A DNA stretch of 64,000 bases, from positions 19,204 through 83,203 of the IMG/VR virus record IMGVR_UViG_3300005689_000302; one strand, written 5' to 3'. The DNA is from a virus. Lineage: Duplodnaviria > Caudoviricetes. Position 1 is the stretch's first letter, and each line of letters begins with the position of its first letter. Made by a program: the position numbers and the translations under genes. Shown here in pieces: positions 39,427-48,645 of the stretch. The notes below the pieces were generated by a model. The model had not been told where the DNA came from. It worked only from the letters and a program-made list of their open reading frames with translations, and made no database searches.

Positions 39427-40612
39427 CAAGGCGGATCCGCTTTCCCTCTTTATCTGCCCGAAGTGCGGCCTGCGGGACAATCTCTCGGCGCGCGACTTTC
39501 CCGTTGTCTGCCGCTGCGGCGTCGTTCATAAGTCGAATCCCGCCGAGAAACCGCTTGGCGTCGATCGGCCGCTGCCGTCACTCGCCAAGCGACTGACGGC
39601 CTACGAAATCGCCGTCCGCGAGCACAAGAAGCAAGGCGAGCCGTCGCGCAGCGACGAAGAAGTCGCCCGCATCTTTGAGGACGCCTGCCGACCCTGCGAG
39701 CGCTTCAACGGCAAGAGCTGCACGCTCTGCGGCTGCAGGGTGAATAAGAGCCCCTCGGCATTGCGGAACAAGATCCGCATGGCGACCGAAGTCTGCCCGA
39801 TCGGCCGCTGGGGCGATTTTCCCTTTGGCGGGCCTGCCAAGTATCCTCGGCCGACGGTTCGCCACCTGCTCTATCACGTCTGCCCGCTCGATGCTGAGGC
39901 TGATCCGCATCAAGGTTGGCGCCAGAACCTACGGCAACTCTTTGCCCGCTGGGATCTGTTCAATGGCCGGCGGATTGTGGCGATCGTACATGGCGAGCGC
40001 CTCGAGCCGGTCGACCGAGTGCTCGAAGAGTTCTACGCATCGGTCTGGAATGGTTTTGACGTTGTCGTCCTGCCGAACGATCCCGAGCTGCGGGAAGCGG
40101 CGACGTTTCCGACGCTGCTCGCCTCGCTCGAGCCTGGTTGTTATCCGCCCCCGGCGCCGCTCGAAGAGCAAGCGATCTTCTTTGCTCATACCAAGGGCAA
40201 TTCAACCGAAGGCAACCGGCAAGGGGCGATCTTCTGGCGCAACGCCATGTATCATCACTTGCTCGACCGGGCCGACGAGTGTTTGGATCGCCTGGCCGAC
40301 TTCAAAGCCGTCGGCACGCACAAAATGGTTTGGGGCGACCACCCGACGCCGTATCCGTCGGGCCTTCAGGCGGGCCGCTGGATGTTCGCCGGCACGTTCT
40401 GGTGGCTAAGAGCGGATTTCGTCTTCGGCAACGAACGCTGGCGAGACATTCCCCGCGATCGCTACGGCGTGGAAGCGTACCCTTCGACGCTTTTTTCTTC
40501 CGAGGACGCTCATTCGATGTTTCAGTTGTGGGCGCCGTATCGCTTCCCGACGCCGAATCCCTACAAGCCGGGCCTCTACCATCAGGATCGAATCGCCGAC
40601 GGTCCGCTATGA
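39410..40612 (+). CDS. Cys-rich Zn-binding N-terminus fused to a glycosyltransferase-like domain
   Basis: CxxC...CGC...K.RM...CP.GRW followed by FFAHTKG...WRNAM...FAGTFWW. Confidence 0.5.
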   Translation: MSRRSNKADPLSLFICPKCGLRDNLSARDFPVVCRCGVVHKSNPAEKPLGVDRPLPSLAKRLTAYEIAVREHKKQGEPSRSDEEVARIFEDACRPCERFNGKSCTLCGCRVNKSPSALRNKIRMATEVCPIGRWGDFPFGGPAKYPRPTVRHLLYHVCPLDAEADPHQGWRQNLRQLFARWDLFNGRRIVAIVHGERLEPVDRVLEEFYASVWNGFDVVVLPNDPELREAATFPTLLASLEPGCYPPPAPLEEQAIFFAHTKGNSTEGNRQGAIFWRNAMYHHLLDRADECLDRLADFKAVGTHKMVWGDHPTPYPSGLQAGRWMFAGTFWWLRADFVFGNERWRDIPRDRYGVEAYPSTLFSSEDAHSMFQLWAPYRFPTPNPYKPGLYHQDRIADGPL

Positions 40613-40974
40613 ACGACTTCCCAGCGCCGAAGAAGTTGAAAATCGGGCTCGACCTCGATCAGACGATCTACGGCTTCCCTGAGTTCTTCGCCGCATTCAT
40701 TCCGGCGATGCACGCGGCCGGCCATCGGCTGTGCGTCACGAGCAACCACCTGCGCAGCCGCTGGCCGGAAGATTGCGAGCGACTTCGCGCCCTTGGCATC
40801 GACCCCGATATGCTCGATCCTCATTTGATGCAGCAAGGCCCGGTCGACCACGGCCGGGCGCACAAGCGATGGATGGCGAAGCACGTCGACTTCATGTTTG
40901 ACGATATGGTCGGGTTCAATGAGATAACGAAAACGGTCGTTTTCGTCTGTCCGCACGAGAAGGCAATCGATTGA
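40609..40974 (+). CDS. HAD-superfamily hydrolase-like protein
   Basis: IGLDLDQT DxD motif and C-terminal MFDD. Confidence 0.65.
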   Translation: MNDFPAPKKLKIGLDLDQTIYGFPEFFAAFIPAMHAAGHRLCVTSNHLRSRWPEDCERLRALGIDPDMLDPHLMQQGPVDHGRAHKRWMAKHVDFMFDDMVGFNEITKTVVFVCPHEKAID

Positions 40975-42047
40975 TGAATATCCTGGTCACCGGCGGCGCC
41001 GGCTTCATCGGAACGCATCTATGCGGCGACCTGGCTCGCCGTGGGCATAAGCTGACGGTCGTTGATTGCATCGACGATCAGGCGCATCGCGAGTCGTTGA
41101 ACACGGTTCGCGATCTGCCCTGTGCTCTGTTTTGGCAAGGCTGCGCCGGCGACTGGCAAGGCGACTCGCATTTGACTTACGACGCCGTCATTCACCTGGC
41201 GGCCAAGGTCGGCGTCGGTCAATCGGCCTACGAGCAAGCCGAATACGCTTTCTGCAACACCCTCGATACGGCGAAGCTCCTCGAGCGGCTCGACGATCGG
41301 ATCAAGGCGGGCCAGCGGCCGAAAGTGCTTGTCGTCGCGAGCTCGATGAGCGTCTACGGCGAGTCACCGGCGGGCTTCGACGGAACGAACACAATGACGA
41401 GAGGGCCGGTCGGCTGCCGGGAAGACTTCGAACGTCCCAGCCCGCGCAGCGTCTACGCCCTCACCAAATACGATCAAGAGCGCCTCTTCCTCTTCTTCGG
41501 CCAGCGGCACGACATTCCGACCTACGCCCTGCGCCTCTTCAACGTCTATGGGCCCGGGCAATCGCTCGCTAATCCGTACACTGGCGCCATCGCCAACTTC
41601 GCGACGCGGATCCTCAACGGCCGCCCGCCGCTGGTCTATGGCGACGGCAATCAAACGCGCGATTTTGTCTATGTCGCCGATGTCGCCGACGCTTTCCGAC
41701 ACTTCGCCGAGTGCGGCGCCGAGGGGAGCGGCCCGTCGTCGGGCGTCTATAACGTCGGAACGGGGCGGCGGTGGCGGATCGAATTAGTGGCGACCGCGCT
41801 CGCGCGCCTGCTTGGTCGGCCCGATCTGTTGCCGACGATCGACGGCCGGCGGCGTGTCGGCGATGTCCAGCATTGCTTCGCCAGCGCGAAGAAAACGGCC
41901 GAAGTCGCCGGCTGGGCGGCGCGGGTGGATTTCATGGCCGGGCTCGAGCGGTACGCCGAATGGCTGCTCACCCAACCGAAGCCGGAAGACAGGAGCGATC
42001 AAGCGGTTGCGGAGTTGGAAGCGAACGGGTTATTAGTTACTCCGTAA
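40971..42047 (+). CDS. NAD-dependent epimerase/dehydratase (extended SDR)
   Basis: ILVTGGAGFIG, VIHLAA, SSMSVYG, YALTK, LRLFNVYGPGQ, RDFVYV. Confidence 0.92.
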   Translation: MMNILVTGGAGFIGTHLCGDLARRGHKLTVVDCIDDQAHRESLNTVRDLPCALFWQGCAGDWQGDSHLTYDAVIHLAAKVGVGQSAYEQAEYAFCNTLDTAKLLERLDDRIKAGQRPKVLVVASSMSVYGESPAGFDGTNTMTRGPVGCREDFERPSPRSVYALTKYDQERLFLFFGQRHDIPTYALRLFNVYGPGQSLANPYTGAIANFATRILNGRPPLVYGDGNQTRDFVYVADVADAFRHFAECGAEGSGPSSGVYNVGTGRRWRIELVATALARLLGRPDLLPTIDGRRRVGDVQHCFASAKKTAEVAGWAARVDFMAGLERYAEWLLTQPKPEDRSDQAVAELEANGLLVTP

Positions 42048-42375
42048 CCGCCTGATGCTCTCCGCACCAATCACGATGATTTGTGGTCGGCTGTAGCCAG
42101 ACGTCATCCCCTGCATCGTCATGGCCAATAAAGCTAGGCGGGAACCGTCGACAATGGCCGATGTACTCCACTATTTCTAACGCGAACGCGATTCCATCCT
42201 CTTCGCGGAAGTATTCTTTGGCCTGTTGCTTGCTGTACCTCCAAGTTGGATCTTCAAACGGATCCCAAAACTTGCAGTTGCGGCACGAATCTACCTCGGG
42301 CAACGATTTAAGCCACCTTTCGCGCTCTTCATCCGAAAGGTAGCCTTCTTCGCTTCGTTCGCTTGCGTCAGTCAT
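42037..42375 (-). CDS. Small Cys-containing phage protein
   Basis: CRNCKFW...GHCRRFPP...DWCGEH. Confidence 0.65.
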   Translation of the reverse strand: MTDASERSEEGYLSDEERERWLKSLPEVDSCRNCKFWDPFEDPTWRYSKQQAKEYFREEDGIAFALEIVEYIGHCRRFPPSFIGHDDAGDDVWLQPTTNHRDWCGEHQAVTE

Positions 42376-42430
42376 CGCGGATTTCCCTTGCTATCCCGGG
42401 CGTCAAAATAACCGATTGGCGAAGCGGCTG

Positions 42431-43441
42431 CTACGCCGAAGCCGACCTGCGCCGGCTCATCGCCGCGATCGCGTCGTCGCAAATCCGCTCGGCCGCGGCG
42501 ACGGTCGCCGGCGCCAAGCCCATCGATCGCAGTTTCTTCCGCTCGGCGGTGATTCGCCCGGCGTGGTCGCTCGTCTCGATCAACCCGCGGAACGCCTCGA
42601 GAAAATCGGCGTCGGCCTGCTCGTCGACGTCGTAGACCGCCCGGCGATCCGCTTCTTCTTTAAGCAACCGCTCGCGCTGCGCCGCCAGCTCGTCGTAACG
42701 CGGTTTGCAAAGCGCCACGGCGGCGGCGTGCGTCGGCTGGCTGATCTTGCCCGCTGACAAGTCTTCCTCGATCGACCGCCGGACCTTCGACGCGCAGCCG
42801 GGCGTCTTGCAGCTCGCCAGTTTCGCCTTGATGTCGTCGATGTAGGCGTCCCATACGCCGTGGGGCGGGCCGGAAAATGGCTGCTGGCGGCCGGTCGCCG
42901 GCGGGGAAGCGGGCTTCTCCGACCGCTGGCTTGCCGGCCGCTGGCCCTCTGGCCTTCTGTTCTCTCGCTGATTCCCCGGGCCGCCTGGCGGCAAGCCGTC
43001 GTGGTAGCCGAGATAGACGTCGGCGCAGCATCCCAGCGCCGCCAAACACTTCCCGAGGGCGTCGGTAATCGCCTTTTTGTAGGCGTCGTCGGCGTCGGCC
43101 TCGATCGCCGTCCCGCCGATCGTCGATCCGACCTGGTGCTTCTCGCCATCGGGCCCGCGCCACCAGACGCCGATCTGCACGAAGACGAACGGCCGCTGCT
43201 CGACGCGCTCGGCCTGCGTCTTGGCGTCTCTGATCGTCACCGGGAAGTCTTCGCGCCAGCGGTTTTCAATCGTCCAGCCCCAGCCTTCGCCGGCCGGGCC
43301 GAAAGCCTCTGTCATCTTCTGCATCCGGTATTCGGCTTTGATGTTCATCCCGCGGTAGCGCTTGCCGGCGATCGGCTTGATGTGCGCGGGGTCGGTGGCG
43401 GCGAGCTGGTCCCAATAGCGGGTGTTGGCGTTGGTCGTCAT
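42431..43441 (-). CDS. Rad52/Sak-like single-strand annealing recombinase
   Basis: YRMQKMTEAFGPAGEGWGW...GGT...DDAYKKAITDALGKCLAALG..ADVY. Confidence 0.8.
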   Translation of the reverse strand: MTTNANTRYWDQLAATDPAHIKPIAGKRYRGMNIKAEYRMQKMTEAFGPAGEGWGWTIENRWREDFPVTIRDAKTQAERVEQRPFVFVQIGVWWRGPDGEKHQVGSTIGGTAIEADADDAYKKAITDALGKCLAALGCCADVYLGYHDGLPPGGPGNQRENRRPEGQRPASQRSEKPASPPATGRQQPFSGPPHGVWDAYIDDIKAKLASCKTPGCASKVRRSIEEDLSAGKISQPTHAAAVALCKPRYDELAAQRERLLKEEADRRAVYDVDEQADADFLEAFRGLIETSDHAGRITAERKKLRSMGLAPATVAAAERICDDAIAAMSRRRSASA

Positions 43442-43503
43442 GGTTTTGTCTCTCGAAGGGGCTAGGGTAACTGAACGCTTGGACAAGAGCGGTCAAACGG
43501 GTT

Positions 43504-44304
43504 TCAAAACAACATGTGCTGCACGCTCGCCGCCTTGGCGGCGGCCAGCATCGCGGCGGGAAAGAGATAACCCGGCTCGGTCAACGGCGCGGGTGCGAAG
43601 TCGTCGACGCTGGGCGAAACGATCGGCGCCGCGGGCGGAGCATCCGGCGCCTTCGGCTCGAGACGGCGAAGCTGCTTTCCGTCCCAAACGAAGTCTTCGA
43701 CGACTCGCGGCACGATCACCGGCGGCGCGACGGTGGGCAGGATCGGCGGCTGGTCGGGCGGCATGTGCTCGATCGCCGCCTGTCCCAATCGCCGAGTGGC
43801 GTCGATTACCGTCGTCAACGCGCCCCATATCGCCGGATAGCTCGCCTGCTGTTGGCGGCACGTCCTGAGAATCTGCGAGCGGATCGCCGCCAGCGACGCC
43901 AGCGAATCGGCGGCGCGGGCGCTGTGGCCGACGTCGCGGCTCCAAGCCGCCTCGTCCTCGAGGATCGGCTTGCCGGCCGCGGCGCCGTGCAGCTCGGCCG
44001 CTTCCTTCTTCGCTTCGCGAGCGGCGTGAATGCTCGCCGTTCGCAGCTCGATCCACTTCTCGCGGCGCTGGCCGTAAAGGTGCTTCGGGCAAAGGTACTC
44101 GCCCATATCGCGAAGGGCGGCGGCGTCATTGGCCGCCCGTTCCTCGGGCGTCATTGCCGCCAGCCGGGCGATCGTTTCGATGTTCAAGGCGTCGAGCTGC
44201 TCGGCGGTGTCGCCGAAGCGTTCGTCGTACTGATTGGCGATGGCCTGGTCGGTGTGGCGTTTGGCCCAATAGTCGCGGCTGGCGCGGTGGCGGTCGTAGG
44301 GCAT
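43504..44304 (-). CDS. Hypothetical protein
   Basis: Protein-like ORF in the leftward operon. Confidence 0.55.
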   Translation of the reverse strand: MPYDRHRASRDYWAKRHTDQAIANQYDERFGDTAEQLDALNIETIARLAAMTPEERAANDAAALRDMGEYLCPKHLYGQRREKWIELRTASIHAAREAKKEAAELHGAAAGKPILEDEAAWSRDVGHSARAADSLASLAAIRSQILRTCRQQQASYPAIWGALTTVIDATRRLGQAAIEHMPPDQPPILPTVAPPVIVPRVVEDFVWDGKQLRRLEPKAPDAPPAAPIVSPSVDDFAPAPLTEPGYLFPAAMLAAAKAASVQHMLF

Positions 44305-44416
44305 GGTCGTGTCGGTGTTGGGGGAAAGAAAAGAAAACCCGGGCGGCGGGGTCGGCCGGCGCGTGCGCCGACCGATCCCCAGCCGCCGGCCCCTGTGCGG
44401 GGTCAGAAGACAAGCT

Positions 44417-45004
44417 CTAGCGATCGCGCAGCCGCGCTTGCAGCCGGCGGTATTCCTGAAGGAACTGGATCCGGGCCGATTCGCAATCGAGCGGATCGTC
44501 GTACGGTGATTCCAGCTCTTCGCGCGTCTCGCTGTGGTCGACGGCGGCGACGACGTCCAGTTCCCAGCGGCCGGCGATGCCGATCCCGGCGTACTCGTGG
44601 ATCGCCCATCGAACGCGATCTTCGATCCGGCGCCAGCGCTCGCCGAGCATGTGCTTCAGCGGCGTCGGGCAATCGCCCATGTACGCTTCCGCTGCGTCGT
44701 GAAGCAATCCGATCATCGCCAGCCGATCGCCGCGGTGCGCCAGCCGCCACGAGACGCGCAAGCTGTGCTCGGCGACGGTGTGCGGGCGGTCCAAGTGGCC
44801 GTTCGCCCGGCAAAGCCGGGACAAGCTCATCGCAATATCCTCGATCCGCACGTCGGCCGGCGTCGGGCCGGCTAGATCGAGCACGGCGCCGGAGTGCGTC
44901 GTGAAGCCGTGAAGCGCCTTGGCGGGCGGTTTCCGCTCTGGCCAGGCGGCCGGGGCGTAGCTTTTGGGATTGCCTGAGCGAAGCGTTTCGGGCAAAGTAA
45001 TCAT
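44417..45004 (-). CDS. HD-domain phosphohydrolase (YfbR/YfdR-like nucleotidase)
   Basis: IEDIAMSLSRLCRANGH..TVAEHS...LLHDAAEAYMGD.PTPLK. Confidence 0.85.
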   Translation of the reverse strand: MITLPETLRSGNPKSYAPAAWPERKPPAKALHGFTTHSGAVLDLAGPTPADVRIEDIAMSLSRLCRANGHLDRPHTVAEHSLRVSWRLAHRGDRLAMIGLLHDAAEAYMGDCPTPLKHMLGERWRRIEDRVRWAIHEYAGIGIAGRWELDVVAAVDHSETREELESPYDDPLDCESARIQFLQEYRRLQARLRDR

Positions 45005-45082
45005 ACCGATGCTCTTTCGAAGGGGCTAAGGTTTGGCCGTCGGCGTGGACAAGACGCCGGCGGCCGTTTGTGTTTCTTGGGG

Positions 45083-45298
45083 TTATTTGCCGGCGCGGTG
45101 GCGGGCGGTGGCGATCATCTGGCTCAACTGATCGCCGTGCTCGCGGGCGACGGCGAATTCGTACTGGTCGCCGCTCTCGCCGAGCAGCCGGCAAGCGAAC
45201 CAGTAGCCGCAATTGACGAGCTCGCCCGCCAGGCTGGCGGCGATCGACTCGTCGCGAACGATGCGGCGGGTTTTGGCTTTGGGGGTCGTAGCGTTCAT
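45083..45298 (-). CDS. Small hypothetical protein
   Basis: 71-aa ORF with the shared leader motif. Confidence 0.55.
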   Translation of the reverse strand: MNATTPKAKTRRIVRDESIAASLAGELVNCGYWFACRLLGESGDQYEFAVAREHGDQLSQMIATARHRAGK

Positions 45299-45333
45299 CG
45301 GGGCGGCTTTCGAAGGGGCTAAGGGTTGGGGTT

Positions 45334-45525
45334 CTAAAAGGGAAGTCCGTCATCGACTCGCGGCGCCGGCCGCTCGACGATCGGAAGTGGGCAACCGCTG
45401 GCAAGCCACCATCGGCGATCCGCCTCGTTGTCGTAGCGGCTTTCGGTGTCGGGATCCAAGCCGGAATAGGTGTCTTGAATCCATTCGCCAGATTCGACGT
45501 CGTCGGGGTGAATGTAAAAACTCAT
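45334..45525 (-). CDS. Small hypothetical protein
   Basis: MSFYIHPDD...DDGLPF. Confidence 0.5.
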   Translation of the reverse strand: MSFYIHPDDVESGEWIQDTYSGLDPDTESRYDNEADRRWWLASGCPLPIVERPAPRVDDGLPF

Positions 45526-45762
45526 GGCCGTGTCTTTCTTAAAGGGTTTCGGGGCTGTGCATCCGCCGCCATGCGGCGAGCAGTTCTTCGAATGCCTCGC
45601 GGGCGGCGACTTCGGCCCGCTGGGGCTCCATCCAAGGGGCGGCCCGAACCGCGTCGTCGGGATGGGCGTTAATGAAATCTGCCGGAAGCCTTCGAGCTGT
45701 TCGGAGAACGCTTCTTGGGTGGTCATTCTTTCCATGAGTCTTTTCCTTTCCGCGTTGCGGTG

Positions 45763-45841
45763 ACTTGTACTCTGTACAAGTATAGCGATGCTTGTACTCT
45801 GTACAAGTGCCATTCGAAAAAAACTTGTACGCAGTACAAGT
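45763..45841. promoter_or_regulatory. Three palindromic operators overlapping the leftward early promoter
   Basis: CTTGTAC-N3-GTACAAG at 45763-45781, 45791-45807 and 45823-45841. The - strand reads TTGTAC-N16-TATACT. Confidence 0.8.
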
Positions 45842-45905
45842 GGGGCTAAGAAGAGTCTTTCGACGGAAATCGGCGCGAGCGTGAAGAAATAGCCGATCTG
45901 GTCCG

Positions 45906-46127
45906 TCAGTCAGCGTCGCGTTTGGTCTTGGCGACTTCCTGCTCAAAAACCTCGAACCATTTGATGCTCGGGCGGCCCGGCGTGCGATGACGTACGGAAG
46001 TGGGCGGCTGCTCCCAAGACTGCGCGGTGCTCAGCGCCACATTGCATTTTGCCGCAAATTCCTCCTGCGTTAGCTTCAGTGATTCGCGGAGCTTGCGAAT
46101 CTGCGCGGGCGTCCATTGCTTGCTCAT
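45906..46127 (-). CDS. XRE-family HTH repressor (73 aa)
   Basis: QIRKLRESLKLTQEEFAAKCNVALSTAQSWE. Flanked by operators on both sides. Confidence 0.85.
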   Translation of the reverse strand: MSKQWTPAQIRKLRESLKLTQEEFAAKCNVALSTAQSWEQPPTSVRHRTPGRPSIKWFEVFEQEVAKTKRDAD

Positions 46128-46134
46128 GCGTGCA

Positions 46135-46193
46135 TTGTACGCAGTACAACACGCAAGGCCACATCTTGACGCTTGTACAGCGTACAAGATACT
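46135..46193. promoter_or_regulatory. Two further operators and a rightward promoter
   Basis: TTGTAC-GCA-GTACAA (46135-46149) and CTTGTAC-AGC-GTACAAG (46172-46188), the latter lying between TTGACG and GATACT. Confidence 0.75.
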
Positions 46194-46243
46194 AACTGTC
46201 CACTTCGCCGCCGCTTTTTTTCTCGATCGCCTACAATACCCGC

Positions 46244-46489
46244 ATGATCCTCAACCCTAACCGCGTCGCCGTCGGCGCCAATCGGCACTACGGCCTGAAG
46301 GTCGGCGACGTCGTCGAATACCGCGGGCTCAACCTTCGCTTTGCCTGCCGACGCGGCGTTGTCGTTCATCTGTTCGCCAGCGACAACAATCGCGCGAGCG
46401 TGCTCTTCGACGGCGATCAAGAGCCAACAATAGTCGTCGCCGAGTGGTGCAAAGTCATTGGCCGCAACGGTTTTGAGTGCGTTCAATAG
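46244..46489 (+). CDS. Small hypothetical protein (SH3-like beta barrel)
   Basis: LKVGDVVEY...GVVVH pattern. First ORF after the rightward promoter. Confidence 0.5.
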   Translation: MILNPNRVAVGANRHYGLKVGDVVEYRGLNLRFACRRGVVVHLFASDNNRASVLFDGDQEPTIVVAEWCKVIGRNGFECVQ

Positions 46490-46526
46490 ACGCCTGCTCG
46501 GCCCTCTCGGGCGGTTCATTTTTCCC

Positions 46527-46571
46527 CGGATTCTCAGTCCGAGAACGGGGGTTCGACTCCCCCAGGGGGTG
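46527..46571 (+). other. attP core: 3' half of tRNA-Glu(CUC)
   Basis: Anticodon arm CGGA-TTCTCAG-TCCG, variable loop GAAC, T-arm GGGGG-TTCGACT-CCCCC, acceptor 3' strand AGGGGGT-G. No 5' half. Upstream of the integrase. Confidence 0.75.
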
Positions 46572-46740
46572 CTTTGTTTGGCGCGAAATGCGCGTGGCTG
46601 ATCGTGTCTTCGGACTACAAATCCGAAGACCTCGGCGTCAGCGCGCCCCGCGCCGCACAAAAAAAATTTCAGCCGGGATCTCTCTTCGACGTCGCACGTT
46701 GTAAGGGCTTGTGTAGCAACTTGTTCCGGCTGAAATCGAC

Positions 46741-46774
46741 GCCCCGCGAAGCCGCGCGCTTCGCGGGGCTTTTT
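46741..46774 (+). terminator. Intrinsic terminator
   Basis: GCCCCGCGAAG/CTTCGCGGGGC 11-bp stem followed by TTTTT. Confidence 0.8.
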
Positions 46775-46806
46775 CATTTCTTGCCGCTCGGCCAGCGCGC
46801 GCAAAC

Positions 46807-46834
46807 TTGACAAGCTCGCCGCGATCAGTACATT
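46807..46834 (+). promoter_or_regulatory. Candidate promoter upstream of the integrase
   Basis: TTGACA-N16-TACATT. Confidence 0.5.
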
Positions 46835-47439
46835 GACCTTCGCTACACAAGCACGGCGCCGCTTGGATGGAAACATCAAAGGCGCCAACAAAGGTGCGAC
46901 TCCTACGATTCACAAGCTCTAACGGGTTCTTCCCCGTTACCTCGGGCCTGCCTCTGGCTTCCCCGGCCGCTTGGCGTCGTTTCAGTCGCTGTTCGGATTG
47001 AAAACGACGCGACCGCTTTCCGCACCTTTCGCGGTTCGGTCGCGGAACACACCAGGTCAGGTTCGAGCGCCGCCGCGCGTTCGCGGTTCAGTCGCCGTTC
47101 GCCGGCGCGAGTGTGCATCCTCGCGCCGGCGGCGGTTTTCTGACGCTGCGTTTCCTCGCGCGCCTCGCTCCAAACCGCACGGCCTGCGCAAGCGGCGGCG
47201 GGTATCCGCTATTCCGCTGGGAAGTCTTGGAGCTTCGTTCATGGACTGGCTGGCGACTGGTACGTTGGCGACACACGTCGCTTGGCTCGCGGAATCCCCG
47301 AAGTGGGATCGGCGACTGCCGAGCGGTTTCCTCGTCAACGTGGCATCGCGTCGGACCGCGAGAAGCAAGGACCGAATTTCGCGCAGACCCGCTGTAAGGG
47401 AGGCTTGGAGCGAGTCGGGTAGGCGCTGGAGAACTCTTT

Positions 47440-48453
47440 ATGAGCTCCTGTCTCACGGTACGCGCTGGGCAAGATCGCTCGCTCCGTGCGCTTTACGAAG
47501 CGAGCTACCGGCCGCTGCGTCACCTTGGAAAATCGAAGGCCACGATCGCCGAGACGCGCTGCCAGCTCAATGTCTTCGACAAGTTCTTCGCCGAACGGCT
47601 GGCGAGTCAGCAAGCCGCGTCTCGGCCGGCGTCGATCGACGATCTGTCCGACGAACTGCTTGCCGATGCGATGGCGTGGCAAATCGATCGCGGCCGCTCG
47701 GTCGCCACGGCCAACAAGCTCTATCGCGTCCTCAAGAGCTTGTGGCGGTTCGCCCGCAAGAAGAGGCTGCTCGAGTCGCTGCCCGAGCTCGATCCGATTC
47801 CCGAAGAGAAACGCGAGCCGCGCACCTGGACGCTGGCGGACTACGAAGCGATTCTTACGGCGGCCGATGCGCTCGTCGGCTACGTCGGCGAATTGCCGGC
47901 GGCGCTCTGGTGGCGGGCGCTGCTGTTGACAGTCGTCAACACGGGCGGGCGAATCTCGGCGGTGATGGCGATCCGGTTGGTCGACGTCGATCTGGCGCGG
48001 CGGGAAATCCTCTTGCGGGCCCACAATCAGAAGCAGCGCTGCGATCAGCGGTTCGAATTGCAGCCGACGGTCGTCGTGGCGCTGCGGGCGATTGGGGCGG
48101 GCGATCCGCACGGCGACACGCGCGAGTTTCTCTTCCCCTGGCCGCTCGATTGCGGCAACGAAGGGCGCCAGTGGCGATCGCTGCGGCGGCATTACCGGCG
48201 GCTGCTCGATGCGGCCGGCCTGCCGAGCGGGCGGCGCAATCTCTTCCACAACCTGCGGGCGTTTACGGCGACGATTCTCGCCGACGCCAAAGGGGAAGAG
48301 TTTGCCCGCGACTATCTCGGCCATTCGCACGCCAGCGTCACGCGGCGGTATCTCGACCGCGCGCAAATGAAAACCAAACGCTCGGGCGTGGCGCACCTGC
48401 CCGAGCCGAAGCTCTCGCCGTCGCTGCGGATTCATGCCGGCGACGCCGGCTAA
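47440..48453 (+). CDS. int: Tyrosine recombinase/integrase
   Basis: NTGGRIS (Arg I), FHNLR (HxxR), LGH, RRY catalytic Tyr. Confidence 0.92.
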   Translation: MSSCLTVRAGQDRSLRALYEASYRPLRHLGKSKATIAETRCQLNVFDKFFAERLASQQAASRPASIDDLSDELLADAMAWQIDRGRSVATANKLYRVLKSLWRFARKKRLLESLPELDPIPEEKREPRTWTLADYEAILTAADALVGYVGELPAALWWRALLLTVVNTGGRISAVMAIRLVDVDLARREILLRAHNQKQRCDQRFELQPTVVVALRAIGAGDPHGDTREFLFPWPLDCGNEGRQWRSLRRHYRRLLDAAGLPSGRRNLFHNLRAFTATILADAKGEEFARDYLGHSHASVTRRYLDRAQMKTKRSGVAHLPEPKLSPSLRIHAGDAG

Positions 48454-48645
48454 GAGCGGCGATTTTCTGCGTCAACCGGCCGCGCGTCGGCCGAGGGGTG
48501 TTCGACGTGTCCCTCGGTCGGCCGCGGTCGTTCTTTGTTTCGTGCCGGCTGCTGCGCCGGCCGGTTTCTCCGCGCTTGCCGCAACCCCCGCTGCGATGCG
48601 GCCGGCAAGCGACCGGACTAGGAGCGGTGTTGGAAAGGATGTTGT

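Noticed and set aside
46490-46575. Complete tRNA gene
   Set aside because: No D-arm or 5' acceptor strand. Interpreted as the attP core.
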